A DNA stretch of 64,000 bases from assembly GCF_004010195.1 (NCBI RefSeq), contig NC_057718.1:92552540-92616539 (forward strand), given 5' to 3'. Under the pieces are notes generated by a model. The model saw nothing but the letters and a program-made list of their open reading frames with translations. It searched no databases and had not been told where the DNA came from. Each line of letters begins with the position of its first letter. Position 1 is the first letter of the stretch. The position numbers and the translations under genes were made by a program. This stretch comes from Chiloscyllium plagiosum (Eukaryota). This document shows, piece by piece, positions 38,151 to 51,123 of this stretch.

Positions 38151-38784
38151 GTATGCTAATTAACTTTATTATTTCAATGTTGTTTGACATTTTTCTGTAC
38201 ACTTTGGAATACTTGAAGATATATTGTTTAGATCATCAATACCTTTCTGAAAATCTCAGCTTTTCACTTCTTCAGTGTTGAGTTTCATTGTTTATTTTTT
38301 TAAGAAAATAAATATGGCTACCTTGATTTTTCCAGTTTAAAATGCTTTTGTTCAGTAAATTCTAACAACTTCTAGAAAGTTAACCTAAAAGAGTTGCAGA
38401 GCAGATTGGTGAAGCTGAATTTATTTGATACTTTCATGAAAAGCAGTTGAAATTTACAAGAGTTCTTGTTATTCTAAGGTGAAAACAAGGTCAATGTTGG
38501 CTTATTTCCTGCCAGCTATAGAGGGGGATTCTTTGTGCTGGAAACTAGACAGTTTCAAACAACAGAGACTCAGGCTTGCAGTGCAATGATGCTACCTTCT
38601 GATAACTGGGTTTTAATTGACTTCAGTGCATTCTCACAATTATGCTTTAAGTTAATTGTTCTGCATTTTCAAGATTCTAAGCTGCAAACCTTGTTCAGAA
38701 ATGTTAATAAATAATGCTTGCACACTTGCAAAATAGCATATTACTGGACTTAAAGTGCATTTATCTGAATACGACATATAGATT

Positions 38785-38930
38785 ATGTCAGTTCTGAGGA
38801 AGGTTCACCAGACTTGAAACGTTAACTTTGATTTCTCCTCTCAGATGCTGCCAGACCTGCTGAGCTTTGCAAGCAACTTCTGTTTTTGTTTGTGATTTAC
38901 AGCATCTGCAGTTCTTTTGGTTTTTACCAT
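38785..38930 (+). mobile_element. Penelope pLTR terminus (third family) with hammerhead 38790-38827
   Basis: AGTT-CTGAGGA-AGGTTC-ACCA-GACTT-GAAAC-GTT-AACT (helix I AGTT/AACT); downstream GATGCTGCCAGACCTGCTGAG and CAGCATCTGCAG shared with the other pLTRs. Confidence 0.75.
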
Positions 38931-39782
38931 TTATAAGTTTTGTTCAGACTTGAGACATGGAGAAAAAATTTCAGTCCCTGATATTTGTGAACTATGTGAA
39001 TGGTAGAAGCTCTGAAGCCCAGGGATTTGAGTGGGTTTCATTATTGGTTCATTGGGCGGCTGATCCCATTAAAAATAAGAAGCAGTATTAATAGGTAGGA
39101 GGCTGAAGGTGCTTTTGCTTCTCCTGGCCCAAAAGAATTGCTCTAAAACACAGTAATTTTTTTAAGTCTGTCAGCTCTCCCTTGCATTTTGTTTTTGGTT
39201 TTCGAGAGCTTGTTGGTAAACTTGTAAGGCTCTTAGTAATGTCATGAACTAAATAACAGAATTCTTTCTGTTCATGACATGTAATCCTCCCCCCTCATGA
39301 TGTAGCGATGTAAAAGGATTGCAGCAGCATACCTACTGAGTTTGGAATATGTTCACTGAATATTTTTAACTCTGCCCCAGTCAGTTATTAAAGACTGGGA
39401 ATTGTACAGGGCAGTGCAGAACTTAGCACAAAAGAGAGTTTTTTTCAATAAGCATGAAGTAATGAGAGTAAATTTAAGGTGTTTCAAATTTACCTTTGTG
39501 AAAGTCGTTGCTTGTGAATATTGGATAAATCATGGTAAGTTTTTTTTGTTAAAAAATAGTTATGCAATTAAACTTGAGTGGGATGAACATTTGTTATACT
39601 GTATTTCCACGCACTGTGTGCAGTTCAGTGTTTTGTGGGCTGCATTGTTTTATAAAATGTGTGACTTGTGTATTGCAACCACTCATAATATACAGTAGTT
39701 CCATATGAACAGAACTGATGACAAAAAGTTTGACCGTGTCATTTCATTCTTGAAGCTGACTTGTGTGCTGTGTTTTTCTCAG

Positions 39783-39840
39783 GGAGGGTGCAATTGATCG
39801 ACTGGTTGGCATTTACAAGAACGTAGTACACAAGACAGGG
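39783..39840 (+). CDS. XRN2: XRN2 exon 12 (EGAIDRLVGIYKNVVHKTG)
   Basis: TCAG| and |GTAAGT; 58 nt; frame continuous. Confidence 0.95.
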
Positions 39841-39924
39841 GTAAGTGATGTGAATCGCCTTGCCAACCTGTGTATTTAACTCCAAAAAAAATCTAATAAA
39901 CGACAATGCTTTTGTTTTCTTTAG

Positions 39925-40032
39925 GGTTATCTTACGGAGAATGGTTTTGTCAACTTAGAACGAGTGCAGATGATTATGGCTGCAGTTGGAGAAGCTGAAG
40001 ATAACATCTTTAAGAAGAGAAGAGATGATGAT
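39925..40032 (+). CDS. XRN2: XRN2 exon 13 (GYLTENGFVNLERVQMIMAAVGEAEDNIFKKRRDDD)
   Basis: GYLTE..VNLERVQ motif; TTAG| and |GTAAGC; 108 nt. Confidence 0.96.
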
Positions 40033-40628
40033 GTAAGCTCTCTCTGGTTTTGCAGCCTGCAGGCATATGTTCAAGAAATGATACTTAACACTGTGTTTGT
40101 AGTTAAAGATGAAGTTACTTATTATTAATCACTCGAGGTAAGTTATTCAGGTTTTGTCATTTTGTCATAAAATTTGACAAGTAAATATCCATTTTCCATT
40201 AGTTACCATTCAAAACTAAAAGCACACTTAAAACTTGTTGAAGGCTGTATGAAACAGCTAAGTTGTATAATGGGGGAGGGGGGTGGTTAACATTGTTTTT
40301 ACAGTACAAGTTTGCAATCAGCCTAGTTTCACGTTGCTGAAGTTGTGGAGTGTAAAAGGTTGTCAAGACTGAACTAACTCCCAAGTTTAGTTGAGACTGC
40401 TATCTCAAGGGAGTCTTGCTCCTCTTTGCTCTCCACCTGGATTCTGGCCTGTATTTGTGTTTCAGTTACATTGTGGTGTCAAACTAGAGGAAATGTTCCA
40501 CAGTATTGCTATAGACAGTGTGAATGAGCCCCTATGGGATAGTACTTCATGAAACTACAGTAAATAGCTGCTTTTAATTGATCTTTTAAACATGCAAGTA
40601 AGACAATTGGCATCTACTTCTTTCGCAG

Positions 40629-40673
40629 GTGTCATTTAGAAAAAGGCAAAAGGAAAAAAACAAAAGGATGAAA
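40629..40673 (+). CDS. XRN2: XRN2 exon 14 (VSFRKRQKEKNKRMK), basic putative NLS
   Basis: GCAG| and |GTAAGT; 45 nt; resembles the basic SFRRRQKEKRKRMK segment of vertebrate XRN2. Confidence 0.92.
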
Positions 40674-43432
40674 GTAAGTCATTCCCTAATTCTGTTATAG
40701 AGATTAATCTTAACAGTTGTAGGAATTTCCAATATTTTATTCATTTTAATGTGAGAACAAACTTTCATTCAAATCTATATAACTGCGGGTGAATTACTTT
40801 TTTTTTGCTTATCTGAGCAAACATCCATCAACTTGTTTGACTTCTGTGCCATTCAATTGAATTGATAGAATTTCTTTCAGCAGATGTTTCATTTCAGATG
40901 AGGGAAACAGAGTGACACTTAATGTTGCCCTACCTGCACTTGCTAATGTCAAGCCATTGTCCATTTCTGCCTTTTTGTAAGTTTGATCCAGACGAATCTA
41001 ATTTTTTATTGAATGTCTGTGTTTCAATTGGTCTGGAAAAGAAAATGCACAGATTAGAAGGTATAGATCCACATATGTAATATGGATTTGTTATTTGCTC
41101 TGTTTCTGCTTTTACTTTTGATGCTTGATTTGTTTCAGTTTTCTTAAAGATAATGTACAGTTCAAGAGAAATGTTGGGACTTGTATAAAAATGGAAGTGT
41201 AATGATTTCTGAGGTGGAATTTGGAAGTGAAGCTGCAGTTGACTGGCTTAGAGGCCCCAAGTTTCTATTGTTTCATAAATTGAAAGTATTTCATAAATAC
41301 TTTCCCATTTAAAAAAAATAAGCTAAGCATCAATTAACCTCAGAAATGGCCTCCTCCCCCAGTATTATTATTCATTTTAATCTCAAAATCATGGGAAAAC
41401 AACAATTGGCTCATTCACTGGAGCTGGCCCTTCCAGGTAGGCTGAGGATCGCTAACCAAACTTTATAATGTGCTTGTTTCAAACTGAAATTTTTTTGTAT
41501 CATGATAATATGAAAGGCAAAGTTAACGTATTAGAAAATATCAGAACATTTGCTTTGTAAAAAGCTAAATTGAGTTTGCATAAATAGACTTTTAAAATTT
41601 GTATTAAGTTTTACTGAAGTAATGTATATAGATTTGCTGTGTTAATCTATAATGTGTAGAAACTTCCCATAAATGTTCATTTCATTTTATTTGGGTTACA
41701 GTTGAAATGGAGGCTCTGGGACAAAATTTGCCTCCTAAAGATTTATTATTCTGTGTTGGTTTGGTCTGTCTACTACAAACAATAAGTGGGTGTAGACCAT
41801 GCCATCCCTCTCGAGCCTTGTGCCCCACTCAACTCGATTGTAACTGATTGTCTTCATTGTCACTTTTCGATACGCTTCCCATATCCTTTAATTCCCTTTA
41901 AAGACCAATTAAATTTTAAGTTTCAGTTTGCTGAACAGTAGAGAATTCAATCATGTGGGTGCCCAACTAAAGATTCTTGACTTCTGTGTGGAATAGTTTA
42001 TTTCAGTCTAAATCCTAAAATGATTGTCTCGTTAATCCAAGATTTTGCTGCCATGGTTTACCTTTCCAAGCCAACAGAAATAATGTCTCAGTGCATATCA
42101 ATCCTCTTTGGAACCATAAATGGTTCACTGAGTTAACCCCCATTATACTAACATTTATTACCTTGTGGCTCATGCATTTAACCTGTTTATATTGCCTTTG
42201 TCGGCTCTATCATTCTCATTGTTTGCATTCCAATCTAGGTTTGTGTTGTCAGAAAATCCACATAGATTATACTCGTTGTCTTTTCAAATTGCTGTTGCCC
42301 CAGCATTAATCCTTTTAGAATCTACTGTTTTGTCACCAGGTTGAAAATGCACTATTCGTCCTTGCTCTTAACTCCCTTTCTGTTAACTCTTCTCCCTTTC
42401 ATGCTAATTATTATCTCCACTCAGGAGCTATTATCCTGGTTACTCATGTTTTGTGTGACACCTTTTGAAATACCTACCTTTTGGAAGTCTTTGTTTACTA
42501 AGTTTACTGACTCCCCTTTATTCCTCTTTTTATTGGTTAAAGACTATTTTTCTTTTTGATTATACTATTTCTTTTAGTGTATTATTAAGGATTCCTTAAT
42601 AATATCCTCCTGATGGTTCAAGTCATGCTAAATGTCCAGGAGTTCCTGTTTTCCCAGTTCTCTGACTGCACCCTTCCCCTCATCCCATCCCACCACCACC
42701 ACTAAATGATGATATTATATAGGCTAATTTACAGTCTGTTGAGGCCACTATAAAATCCAGGCAGTCATGGAAAATCTTTTTCATGCATCTACTATCTACT
42801 TTAGACTCATAGTATGTGTGGCATTAAATCATGTAGAGTTGTTTGTTTTTAACTGCTGAAATCTTTCAAAACTTTTCTCATGCTTATTACTCTCTCAATT
42901 CTCATATCTGCCTGATATGCAGTTTGTATACTCAGCTGTGAAAACAATCAGCAGATTTGTTCAACTCCTCACCCATTTTCATGATTCCTGTGATAATCTC
43001 TCCCACCTCTGCCCCTAAAAGACCAATGTTTCTTTCCTTTCTCACATACATTGTGCTAAAAAATACATTTTGGAAGTTGCCTTTTAAAATAGGGGTAGAT
43101 GGATGCGGTTCATTTGTGTGAAGGTTTTTTTTAAACTGGTAAGAAAGTATTTTGGATCAGTAATCTACATGTATCAATAGAAAGTATGTCACTGCATTCA
43201 ACTGGCTGGGCAAAGCTTTTTGCTGTTTACAGATGGAATGTTTTTATTACAGCATCTACAACAGACCAGAATGCTATTAGTTTAGCTTTGTCTTCAGAAC
43301 AGAACTTTCAGGATCTCTGTTCATTTCAAAAAGGAGAAAGATTTCTTTGAGCAAGAGAATCAAATGTTAGTTTAGAAGAACGATTTGCCTGAGCTAAACT
43401 GTTGTGAGTTTGTGCAACTTCCAAGTTGGGAG

Positions 43433-43651
43433 CTGGAAATGTGTTGCTGGAAAAGCGCAGCTGGTCAGGCAGCGTCCAAGGAGCAGGAGAATCGATGTTT
43501 CGGGCATGAGCCCTTCTTCAGGAATTCCTGAAGAAAGGCTCATGCCCAAAACGTCGATTCTCCTGCTCCTTGGATGCTGCCTGACCTGCTGTGCTTTTCC
43601 AGCAACACATTTTCAGCTCTGATCTCCAACATCTGCAGTCCTCACTTTCTC
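43433..43651. mobile_element. Fold-back Penelope pLTR mini-insertion with two back-to-back hammerhead cores
   Basis: 95-bp arms 43430-43524 / 43525-43619 centred on GGAATTCC; 15-bp duplication CTTCCAAGTTGGGAG (43418-43432, 43652-43666). Confidence 0.9.
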
Positions 43652-43999
43652 CTTCCAAGTTGGGAGATCTTGTATAGCAGTCTTTTTAAGTTGTTAGAAT
43701 TGAGAAAGTTTAGGCCATCAGAACTATGAGAGGTTCATGACATTGGATTCAGGAAAGAATCATAAAATTGTCTCGACAGTTCAAGGAAAAGAAACTGGGA
43801 GTGGTTAGTTTTTACTCGCTGTAAATGTTGAACGGGAGTGAAATTTCTCTGAAAGGAAATATCTGTAAAATGATGATTTTGGAGAACGCGTTGAAACTTT
43901 GTAGCACCTTTCAAACTGTCTTAAAATATATATCTTTATCATGCAAAAGGAAATGCAATGTTCCTTTTGATTTTTAAAAAAATAATTTTGGCCATCTTT

Positions 44000-44232
44000 A
44001 CCGTTTGTCGTGGTTGTCGTTATGCTTGCCGAGCTGGAAAGTTGATTTACAGACGTTTCGTCCCCTGTCGAGGTGGACTGTGTCTGTATTGTACAGCAGC
44101 GCTTCACAGAAGGCTCCAAAGCACTGAAGATGTCACCTAGGCAGGGACGAAACATCTCCAAATCAACTTCTCAGCTCAGTGAACATACCCACAACTGGCA
44201 CCCAAGCTACAAATCTTTACACAACCTTGAAC
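44000..44232 (+). mobile_element. Poseidon-type Penelope pLTR with inverted 5' piece; hammerhead 44121-44156
   Basis: Homologous to 47150-47275; GCA-CTGAAGA-T-GTCACCT-AGGC-AGGGAC-GAAAC-ATC; partial inverted copy at 44049-44078. Confidence 0.8.
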
Positions 44233-44970
44233 ATTTGCTGTTTGTTAAAGTATCCCAGTGCTACAATTCTTTGTGACATTTTAAGCCTATTTTAAACATG
44301 TAATTCGATGTTTAATTTCCCTTGTAAGCCATAATTTGGATATATCACACTGGATTTGTTTTTTAATGGCATGTATTTTTGTTAAGTATTTCAAATTGTT
44401 TCTTTAAGGATACCAACTGTTTGTTTACTGCCATATCTTCTAGTTTACTTGCCCAATTAATGTTGGCCAGTTCTCCTGTTTATATCAACATAATTGGTTT
44501 TGTTTAAGTTGAGGGGTCTGCTTTTGGAGTTGGAACATGTTGCTTTCAAACTTAAGATGAAATTGAATTATACTATGATCATCTTTTTCCAGAGATTCTT
44601 TTGCTATGGGATTTATAATTAGACTTGCCTCATTGCGGAACACTAAATCTAAAATCACCTAATTCCTAGTTGGTTTCTCAATGTGATCTAGGAAACTACT
44701 GTGGAGTTTTACTTGTCCATTTGATTTGTCCAGTCTCTATGAAAATCACGTCCCATAACAACTGTGCCTGATTGGATTTTTTTTTCAAATGAAACTTACA
44801 TTTTCCATTTTTATTTGGTTTGTTATGCAAATAGTGTTTCTTTTTCCCTTCTGTTATTTTCTATTGATTTATCTTGAGACTCTTCTTGACTGGTAGTTCA
44901 TTGCATTGATTAGCGTCTTTTCACTTTTTAACTATTTTAAATATGCCTTTTTTTTTTATTCTTTCATTAG

Positions 44971-45117
44971 ACAGAAGCAGCATCTTTTGTTCCTGGTGGG
45001 CAACTTGCCCCACAACCTTTGGGCCAACGGAGTGGTGGAAGTAAACCACAACCCCTCCAGAATGCAAGGCAAACTGCTTATGAAATGAGAGTACAAGGTA
45101 GAGATCAACAAAATAAG
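44971..45117 (+). CDS. XRN2: XRN2 exon 15 (TEAASFVPGGQLAPQPLGQRSGGSKPQPLQNARQTAYEMRVQGRDQQNK), linker
   Basis: RQxAYEMR motif; strong pyrimidine tract TTAG|, donor AAG|GTGAGA; 147 nt keeps frame with exon 16. Confidence 0.88.
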
Positions 45118-45849
45118 GTGAGACAGTGGTAGACTTTAGGTGCCAAAGACATGTTTATGACCAGATATAAATATATGTTTCTTTATTAACAAATGATGTT
45201 AAAACTGTTAAATTAAAAGATGACTTTTATAATCATGTTCTAAGATGTTGCAGTTCTTGTATAATTTACAATGCTGCTTCAAGTTTAAATATAATATGGT
45301 GGAAATGTTTTTGTTTTTGTTTCCAAAAATCAAATGTGTGCTATATTTTATACGAGAATGTACCTCATCAACAGCATTTAGATTTTAGACATTAAGTTCC
45401 TTTACAAATTTCTGGAAGCATCCTTTTGAACAACCATTGAATAGGCTATAATTGTTTGCTGATCTCAAATTTTAAGTGTGTCTGCAATTTAAAAAAAGAA
45501 ATGTTGAACATTGCCTTTAATCCAGCATTCTCATTGAAGGCCACTTCCTCCAACTGCACTTTATCGCTGTACATTCATTTCATTCCACATCTTATGTAAC
45601 GAAAAGCTTTACAGGGTTGTTTGAAGGAAATCTGGATGGCAAGGTTATTCTAATCTTGGGGAGAGTGATCTGAGCAGAGTAGGAATCCTTGACTCCTCAT
45701 ATTTTCATTTAATAATTTTGTTAGTTTAAAGTGCTAGCTTTACAGTAGCAGACTTCTTTTCATGTCTAAGTATGAGAAGTTCTGATTATTTCCCTTTTAA
45801 TTAGACCACATCTTAGAAATTTTCTTGAGGTTTTTCTGCATACAAAATT

Positions 45850-46530
45850 TGAGGAAGACTGTTTTCATTGGTTGCGAGCCAACAGTGGCGATTAAGACCT
45901 ATCTGATTGGTCGGTTCTGCTATACTGGTTACTGTTGAAGGTGTTGCCACTCCTGGGGGCAATTAGATCTATTCTTATCCTTTTCTCATTGATACTGTCT
46001 TTTTGCTCCGTCTCAAAAATGTCAATGACACTCCTGATATAGAGTCTTTTGGAATCATGTTCTGTAGCATGCTATTCCCATTAGTAATGGTTGATTTAGC
46101 ACACTTCTTCAGGGGGTCCTTAAAACGTTTGCACGGAGTCCCACTGTTCCATTTGCCAATGTTCAGCACTTTGTACAACCCAAACGTGGGCAGTATATTT
46201 GACCCACCCAGTGCAGAAGGATGTCTTTGATACTGGTGTTAGCTATTTCTAAGACTTCAATGTTTGTGAATCAGTCCTACCAGTAGATCCTGAGGATGTA
46301 GCAGAGGCATCGGTGATGGAAGCACTCTAGATGGCGTAGATGATGCCACAGAACCAATGACTCTGCAATATATAGCATGATGATGAGGGCTGTGACTTTG
46401 TAAAGAGTTTGTTCTGTATGCTGGAACTGCACGTATTTATCAAGTCTTTTGGCTGCATTATTTGCTTTTGAAGGTTGATTGTCTGCTTTCTTGATGATGG
46501 CATTAAACAAGGTAATTCATCAAAGTTGAA
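45850..46530 (-). mobile_element. RTE LINE 3' fragment
   Basis: YKV....MLY.AES..L.HHLRHLECFHHRCL..ILRIYW and GK..GTP.KRFKD.LK motifs. Confidence 0.65.
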
Positions 46531-46569
46531 TTTTACATCTGTTGCAGTTCTGGTGTACTGCAGTATGTA

Positions 46570-47275
46570 CCGCGCAATTTTATCAACAGAAACTTAAGGG
46601 AAAGACAACGGAATGAGGACATGCCGCAACCCAAAGGACTAGTCACACTACCATACATCAAGAGCATTTCCAAACTGACGGCCCGACTACTGCGACCACT
46701 AGGACTCATAACAGCACACAAACCAACAGCCACTCTCAGACAACTCATCAGAACGAAGGACCCGATACCCAGCATGAGCAAAAGCAATGTAGTGTACAAA
46801 ATCCCATGCAAGGACTGCACAAAACACTACATAGGACAAATAGGAAGACAGCTAATGATCCGTATCCATGAACACCAACTAGCCACGAAACGACACAACC
46901 AGCTATCCTTAGTAACCACACTCTCAGATGACAAGCAACATGAGTTCGACTGGGACAACACTACTATTATAGGACAAGCCAAACAGAGAACAGCCAGGGA
47001 ATTCCTAGAGGCATGGCATTCATCCACAGATTCAATCAATAAGCACATCGACCTGGACCCAATATACCGGCCACTGCAGCGGACAGCTGGAACTGACAAC
47101 CGGAAGCGGCAGATACAAATCACTATAAATGCTGGAGGAAACATCACAGAAGCGCTTCACAGGAGGCTCCCAAGCACTGAGGATGTCACCTAGACAGGGG
47201 ACGAAACATCTGCAACACAAATTCCCAGCTCGGCGAACAGAACCACAACAACGAGCACCCGAGCTACAAACCTTG
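46570..47275 (+). mobile_element. Penelope (Poseidon-type) 3' fragment encoding GIY-YIG endonuclease, plus pLTR
   Basis: ORF 46621..47193: TLPYI, NVVYKIPCKDC..HYIGQ.GR.L..RIHEH, FDWDN, R.FLEAWH. Confidence 0.92.
47174..47213 (+). ncRNA. Hammerhead ribozyme core in Poseidon-type pLTR
   Basis: GCA-CTGAGGA-T-GTCACCT-AGAC-AGGGGAC-GAAAC-ATC-TGC (helix I GCA/TGC). Confidence 0.72.
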
Positions 47276-47289
47276 AATACCTATCTTCA

Positions 47290-47785
47290 CTGACTGCGAG
47301 CTATGGGTCCAAAAACTGAAGATCCAGTTCTAGAGCGTGGACATGAGGCCAAGGTCACAGTTTTGAGATCAGTCTGGAAGGGATAATGATGTTGAAGGCG
47401 GGGGTGTAGTGAATGAGCAGGAGTCTGTCACAGTTGTCTTTTTTGTCCAGATGTTTCCGGGTAAGTGCAGGTCTTGGGATATAGCATCCGCTGTGTACCT
47501 GCTACATTATAGGGGATTGAGGCAGGCTGGCAAGATTGGAGCTAATGTCAGTCATGACCAGCCTGTCAAAGCACTTGTAATTGTGGAGGTCAGAGCAACT
47601 GGGCGATAGTCATTAAGGCACATTGCATGTGCTTTCTTAGGTAAGGGGAGGATGGTCTTCTTGAAGCAGGTGGGGACTTTGGCTTGTAAGAGGAAGAGGT
47701 TAAAGATGTCAATGAATACCTCCGCCAGTTGGTCCGCACAGGATCAGAGTGGTCGGCTGGGGACACTGTTCGGGCCCATCACAGA
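47290..47785 (-). mobile_element. Rex1/Babar-like LINE RT fragment
   Basis: Minus strand [34 protein letters not shown] (frameshifted). Confidence 0.7.
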
Positions 47786-50700
47786 GTTCGAATAAACTTT
47801 GTTTTCAATCTCTCAAGTTAGAAAAGTCTAGGAACCACGTTTTTAGTTTTGGAGTATACAGTGGAAAATGGAAGTTGAGCACAGTTATATAACTTAAAAC
47901 GTAAAATTCTTTTTGCAACTTCAATTAAGTGGGATTGTGTGATGTACATGTTGAGTGCTTGTTACTTTCAGCACAGCGAATTTGATACTTTGCAGGATGT
48001 GTTTCTATCAGGAATCTGTTGAGTTAAAGAGAAAAACTGCCTTGTAATGGACAATGGATTTGCTTTGTAAGCTGCAGTTTTCACAGATCCTGTAAGGCAG
48101 GGTATTTAGACAACAGAAGCCTGCAGTGAAGAATTGTTTCTCTCTCCTTCTCGCCGACTGAAAAAGGCAATATTTGAACAAGCTGTAAGAAGAGAGTTTG
48201 AGCACAAGGCGAGACCCAGGTCAATCTAGTTGGCTATTGAATCAAAAGATTTATCATTGCACCGCAGGTGACATTGTCCCGTCACTGTTTTAAAAACAGT
48301 GAAAATTTTGTGAAAGACATCTTGTCCCATACTTGGACTCATGAACTGTAGAGTTTGTTTTTCTGTCTGTTTTATTGTTCTTAGAATTTGTGTAAAGTTT
48401 CCTTTTCTGGTTGTATTTGTGTATGACTGTGCATTTGAGGTTTGAAAGGAGTATAGGTTAAATTGCATAGTAATTTAGTTTTTTTTTGCCCTTCTGAAAG
48501 AATGTTTTGTTTTCTACAAATTGTGGTGTTTTCTGAATATTGAAACCTGATATGAGTTATTTTTGTCATAGAAAGCAATTGAAGTCAGACAATTTGAACA
48601 TAGTGGTTTAATTGGTGATTTATGCACTTATAACAGCTTGTAGAATGATGGGGCTCAATTGTTGCTGCACTCTTTCCATTTGAGTGAGAACAGAGATTGG
48701 TGAAATAATTTTGTACAACTTGAAGTCTTCAGTTGATACTTTGAGAGTTGGTGGTTCACTCCGAAGACTTTGATTCAACTCCAGACCAATGGAATTTTTT
48801 TCTCTGAGGCTGCAACAGGAGTTTGATTTAGGAAGACTCAATCTAGTCCACTTAAGCAGGCTTGTTTCACCAAATTGTACTTCATTCCATATTAATCTGG
48901 CAATCTCATTTCTGGGTAGAGGTGTTATGCTTCACTGTCCACCACCTGACCTTACAGTACTCAATATTGAAGATGGTGTGTCTGAAATTAGAAAATTCCC
49001 CACCTTCCAGCAAGGGTACCTGTCACTTTGAAGATTTAATGATTGATTATCTGTAATAAACTGAAGAGTAAATTTCTTACAGCCATCTGATTTAAGATGG
49101 GCAGTCAGGTAGTTATGCAACAAATGAATTTTCTTTCCAAATTTCATAGTTTTTACTTGTAGGTGTTAGTGGTAAAGAATCTTTGCTTAAAATTTTATTC
49201 ATACTAGTAGTTAGCATCTCATCTGAGCACCATATCTTGCCCATAGGCTGCTTGTATTATAAAATTCAATCTTCTGGCATTCAGTTGAGAGACACCTGTT
49301 TAGTTCAATTAACAGTACATTTTACTTTGACTCTTGACTTTTTGACTCTAATCTCCAGCATCTGCAGCACCCACCTCCGCCCCTTTGGCACAGGTGGTCA
49401 GACCACATGTGGAAGCCCCTGCGCTGAGCTACTGCAATGTAATGTTTACTTGATTTTATTTTCATCTGACATACCAACCCTTTAAAGTCTTATTTCTGAC
49501 CTATTCTTTAAGTACTGTAAAATAATGCAATTACTTTTCTTCTTCTTCTTTGTATCTAAGATCTGTACCTAGGTATGTGTACCTAAGTTGGCGCCACAAG
49601 AGGCAACATTGTAAAATCTTTCACTGTACTCCTGTATTTTTGTCCTTGTGTACTTAAGCACATGTGACAGTCAGCAATATTCTATTCTAAGGTTCCAAAA
49701 GGGAAAAGTGAAAACTGATATTTGATACTAAGCTATAGGTTTACATTAAAAACCTTGTAAATCTCCCAGTCTTTAGTGGCCTAATCCTGGATATGGATCC
49801 TGGTGTGATAAACAATGGACACCCTCCTCTTAACCCACACTGAGCCCACTTCCTTAAACAGTGCAGCTTTTGTTTACCCCTATCTGGCTGCTCAGACTTT
49901 TCCCATTGGGGTTTGATGTTCTGCCTTCCCTACCACTTGAGCTCCTTCCAGCAAGTTGCCTGTTTATTTCAATATGGTTATTTCTGATTGTTGTGTAGCC
50001 ATGCACACGTAAGAGGGAAAATTAATGGTGTCCATGGCCTGTTGTTTCATTCATTTCTTTTTTTACTCCAGAAACAAAATGCTTAAATTTTAAATTAATT
50101 CATTGGGCATGGTTGTAACATATAATAGGATCCAAAGCTTGAGAGATTTGTTAACTCTCTTTCTCCACAATCAGCATTAAAATTGCTTGCTGAGGCATTT
50201 GAGATCAGCTAAACTGAACAGTGTATGGATTGAACCTACATCATCTCCCCCCAACCCTAATTGGCTCGAATTGGCTTTTCAGTGCCAACTAACCAGCTGT
50301 TTAATAGAGAGTTAGTTTCAGCTCTACCATCTTGGAAATGACAATTGTTTTACACATCTAATTCAAGCAATTCAAATTGTCATACCACAAATATTAATAT
50401 TTATTGAATCAGACTGCATTTCACTCCAAAAAAAAATCAATCTTGGCACTTCATTATTAGGGGATATACTTGAAACAATTATTGGTGTATCTTTTGTTCA
50501 ACTTTTGCTTTTTGTAAACTGCAAACACCTGGTACTGACTTTGATCTGGTGGCTATCAGTGGAAGGAAGAAATCTTAAACACTTTTAGTTTTAAAAAATG
50601 AAATGCAAGGACATATAAAATTGATAAAAGATTATGTTCTCAATGATTGGATTCCAATTTCAAAATATTGTGAAAGGAAACGTTCCAGAATGAAAAAATG

Positions 50701-51013
50701 ATGTGCGAGTCTTTGTCTAAAATCAAACTCCTCTTCATCAGTTCAAGAAGGCAGCATTAGATCTCACTAACTGAAGTGTTACCTGTCGTTTATAGGTACT
50801 GTTTTGATTGTGGACTCGTAAGCCTTTTTTGATTTGTCAGATCAGTGACATTTCATATGGAGATGCATTTCTGTGACTTGCTGATTTATAATAAGTATGT
50901 ACGGCTGGCAGCATTTCACATTAAGCTGTGATTTTAGTGACATGACTGGTACAAGGCTACCTCTACAGTTTTTACAAAGGAATGCTTCAATCCTTTTCTC
51001 TTTAATTTTGTAG

Positions 51014-51123
51014 ACATCAGCCCACAGTAACAGTTCTAATTCAGATGGAAGCCCAGTGCCTCTAGGAACGAAGAGGAAGAATGGGGATAATGATGATGAC
51101 GATGAACCACCAGATAATATCAG
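51014..51123 (+). CDS. XRN2: XRN2 exon 16 (TSAHSNSSNSDGSPVPLGTKRKNGDNDDDDEPPDNIR)
   Basis: SDGSP..KRK..acidic..DNxR pattern; GTAG| and |GTACTG; 110 nt. Confidence 0.9.

Noticed and set aside
44975..45097. Dual-coding alternative version of exon 15 using the +4 acceptor and the internal GTAGAG donor
   Set aside because: The alternative frame has a TGA at 45086-45088
46621..47193. Domesticated GIY-YIG nuclease gene nested in XRN2
   Set aside because: It is a 5'-truncated Penelope fragment with its pLTR attached, with substitutions in conserved motifs and no promoter or splice evidence
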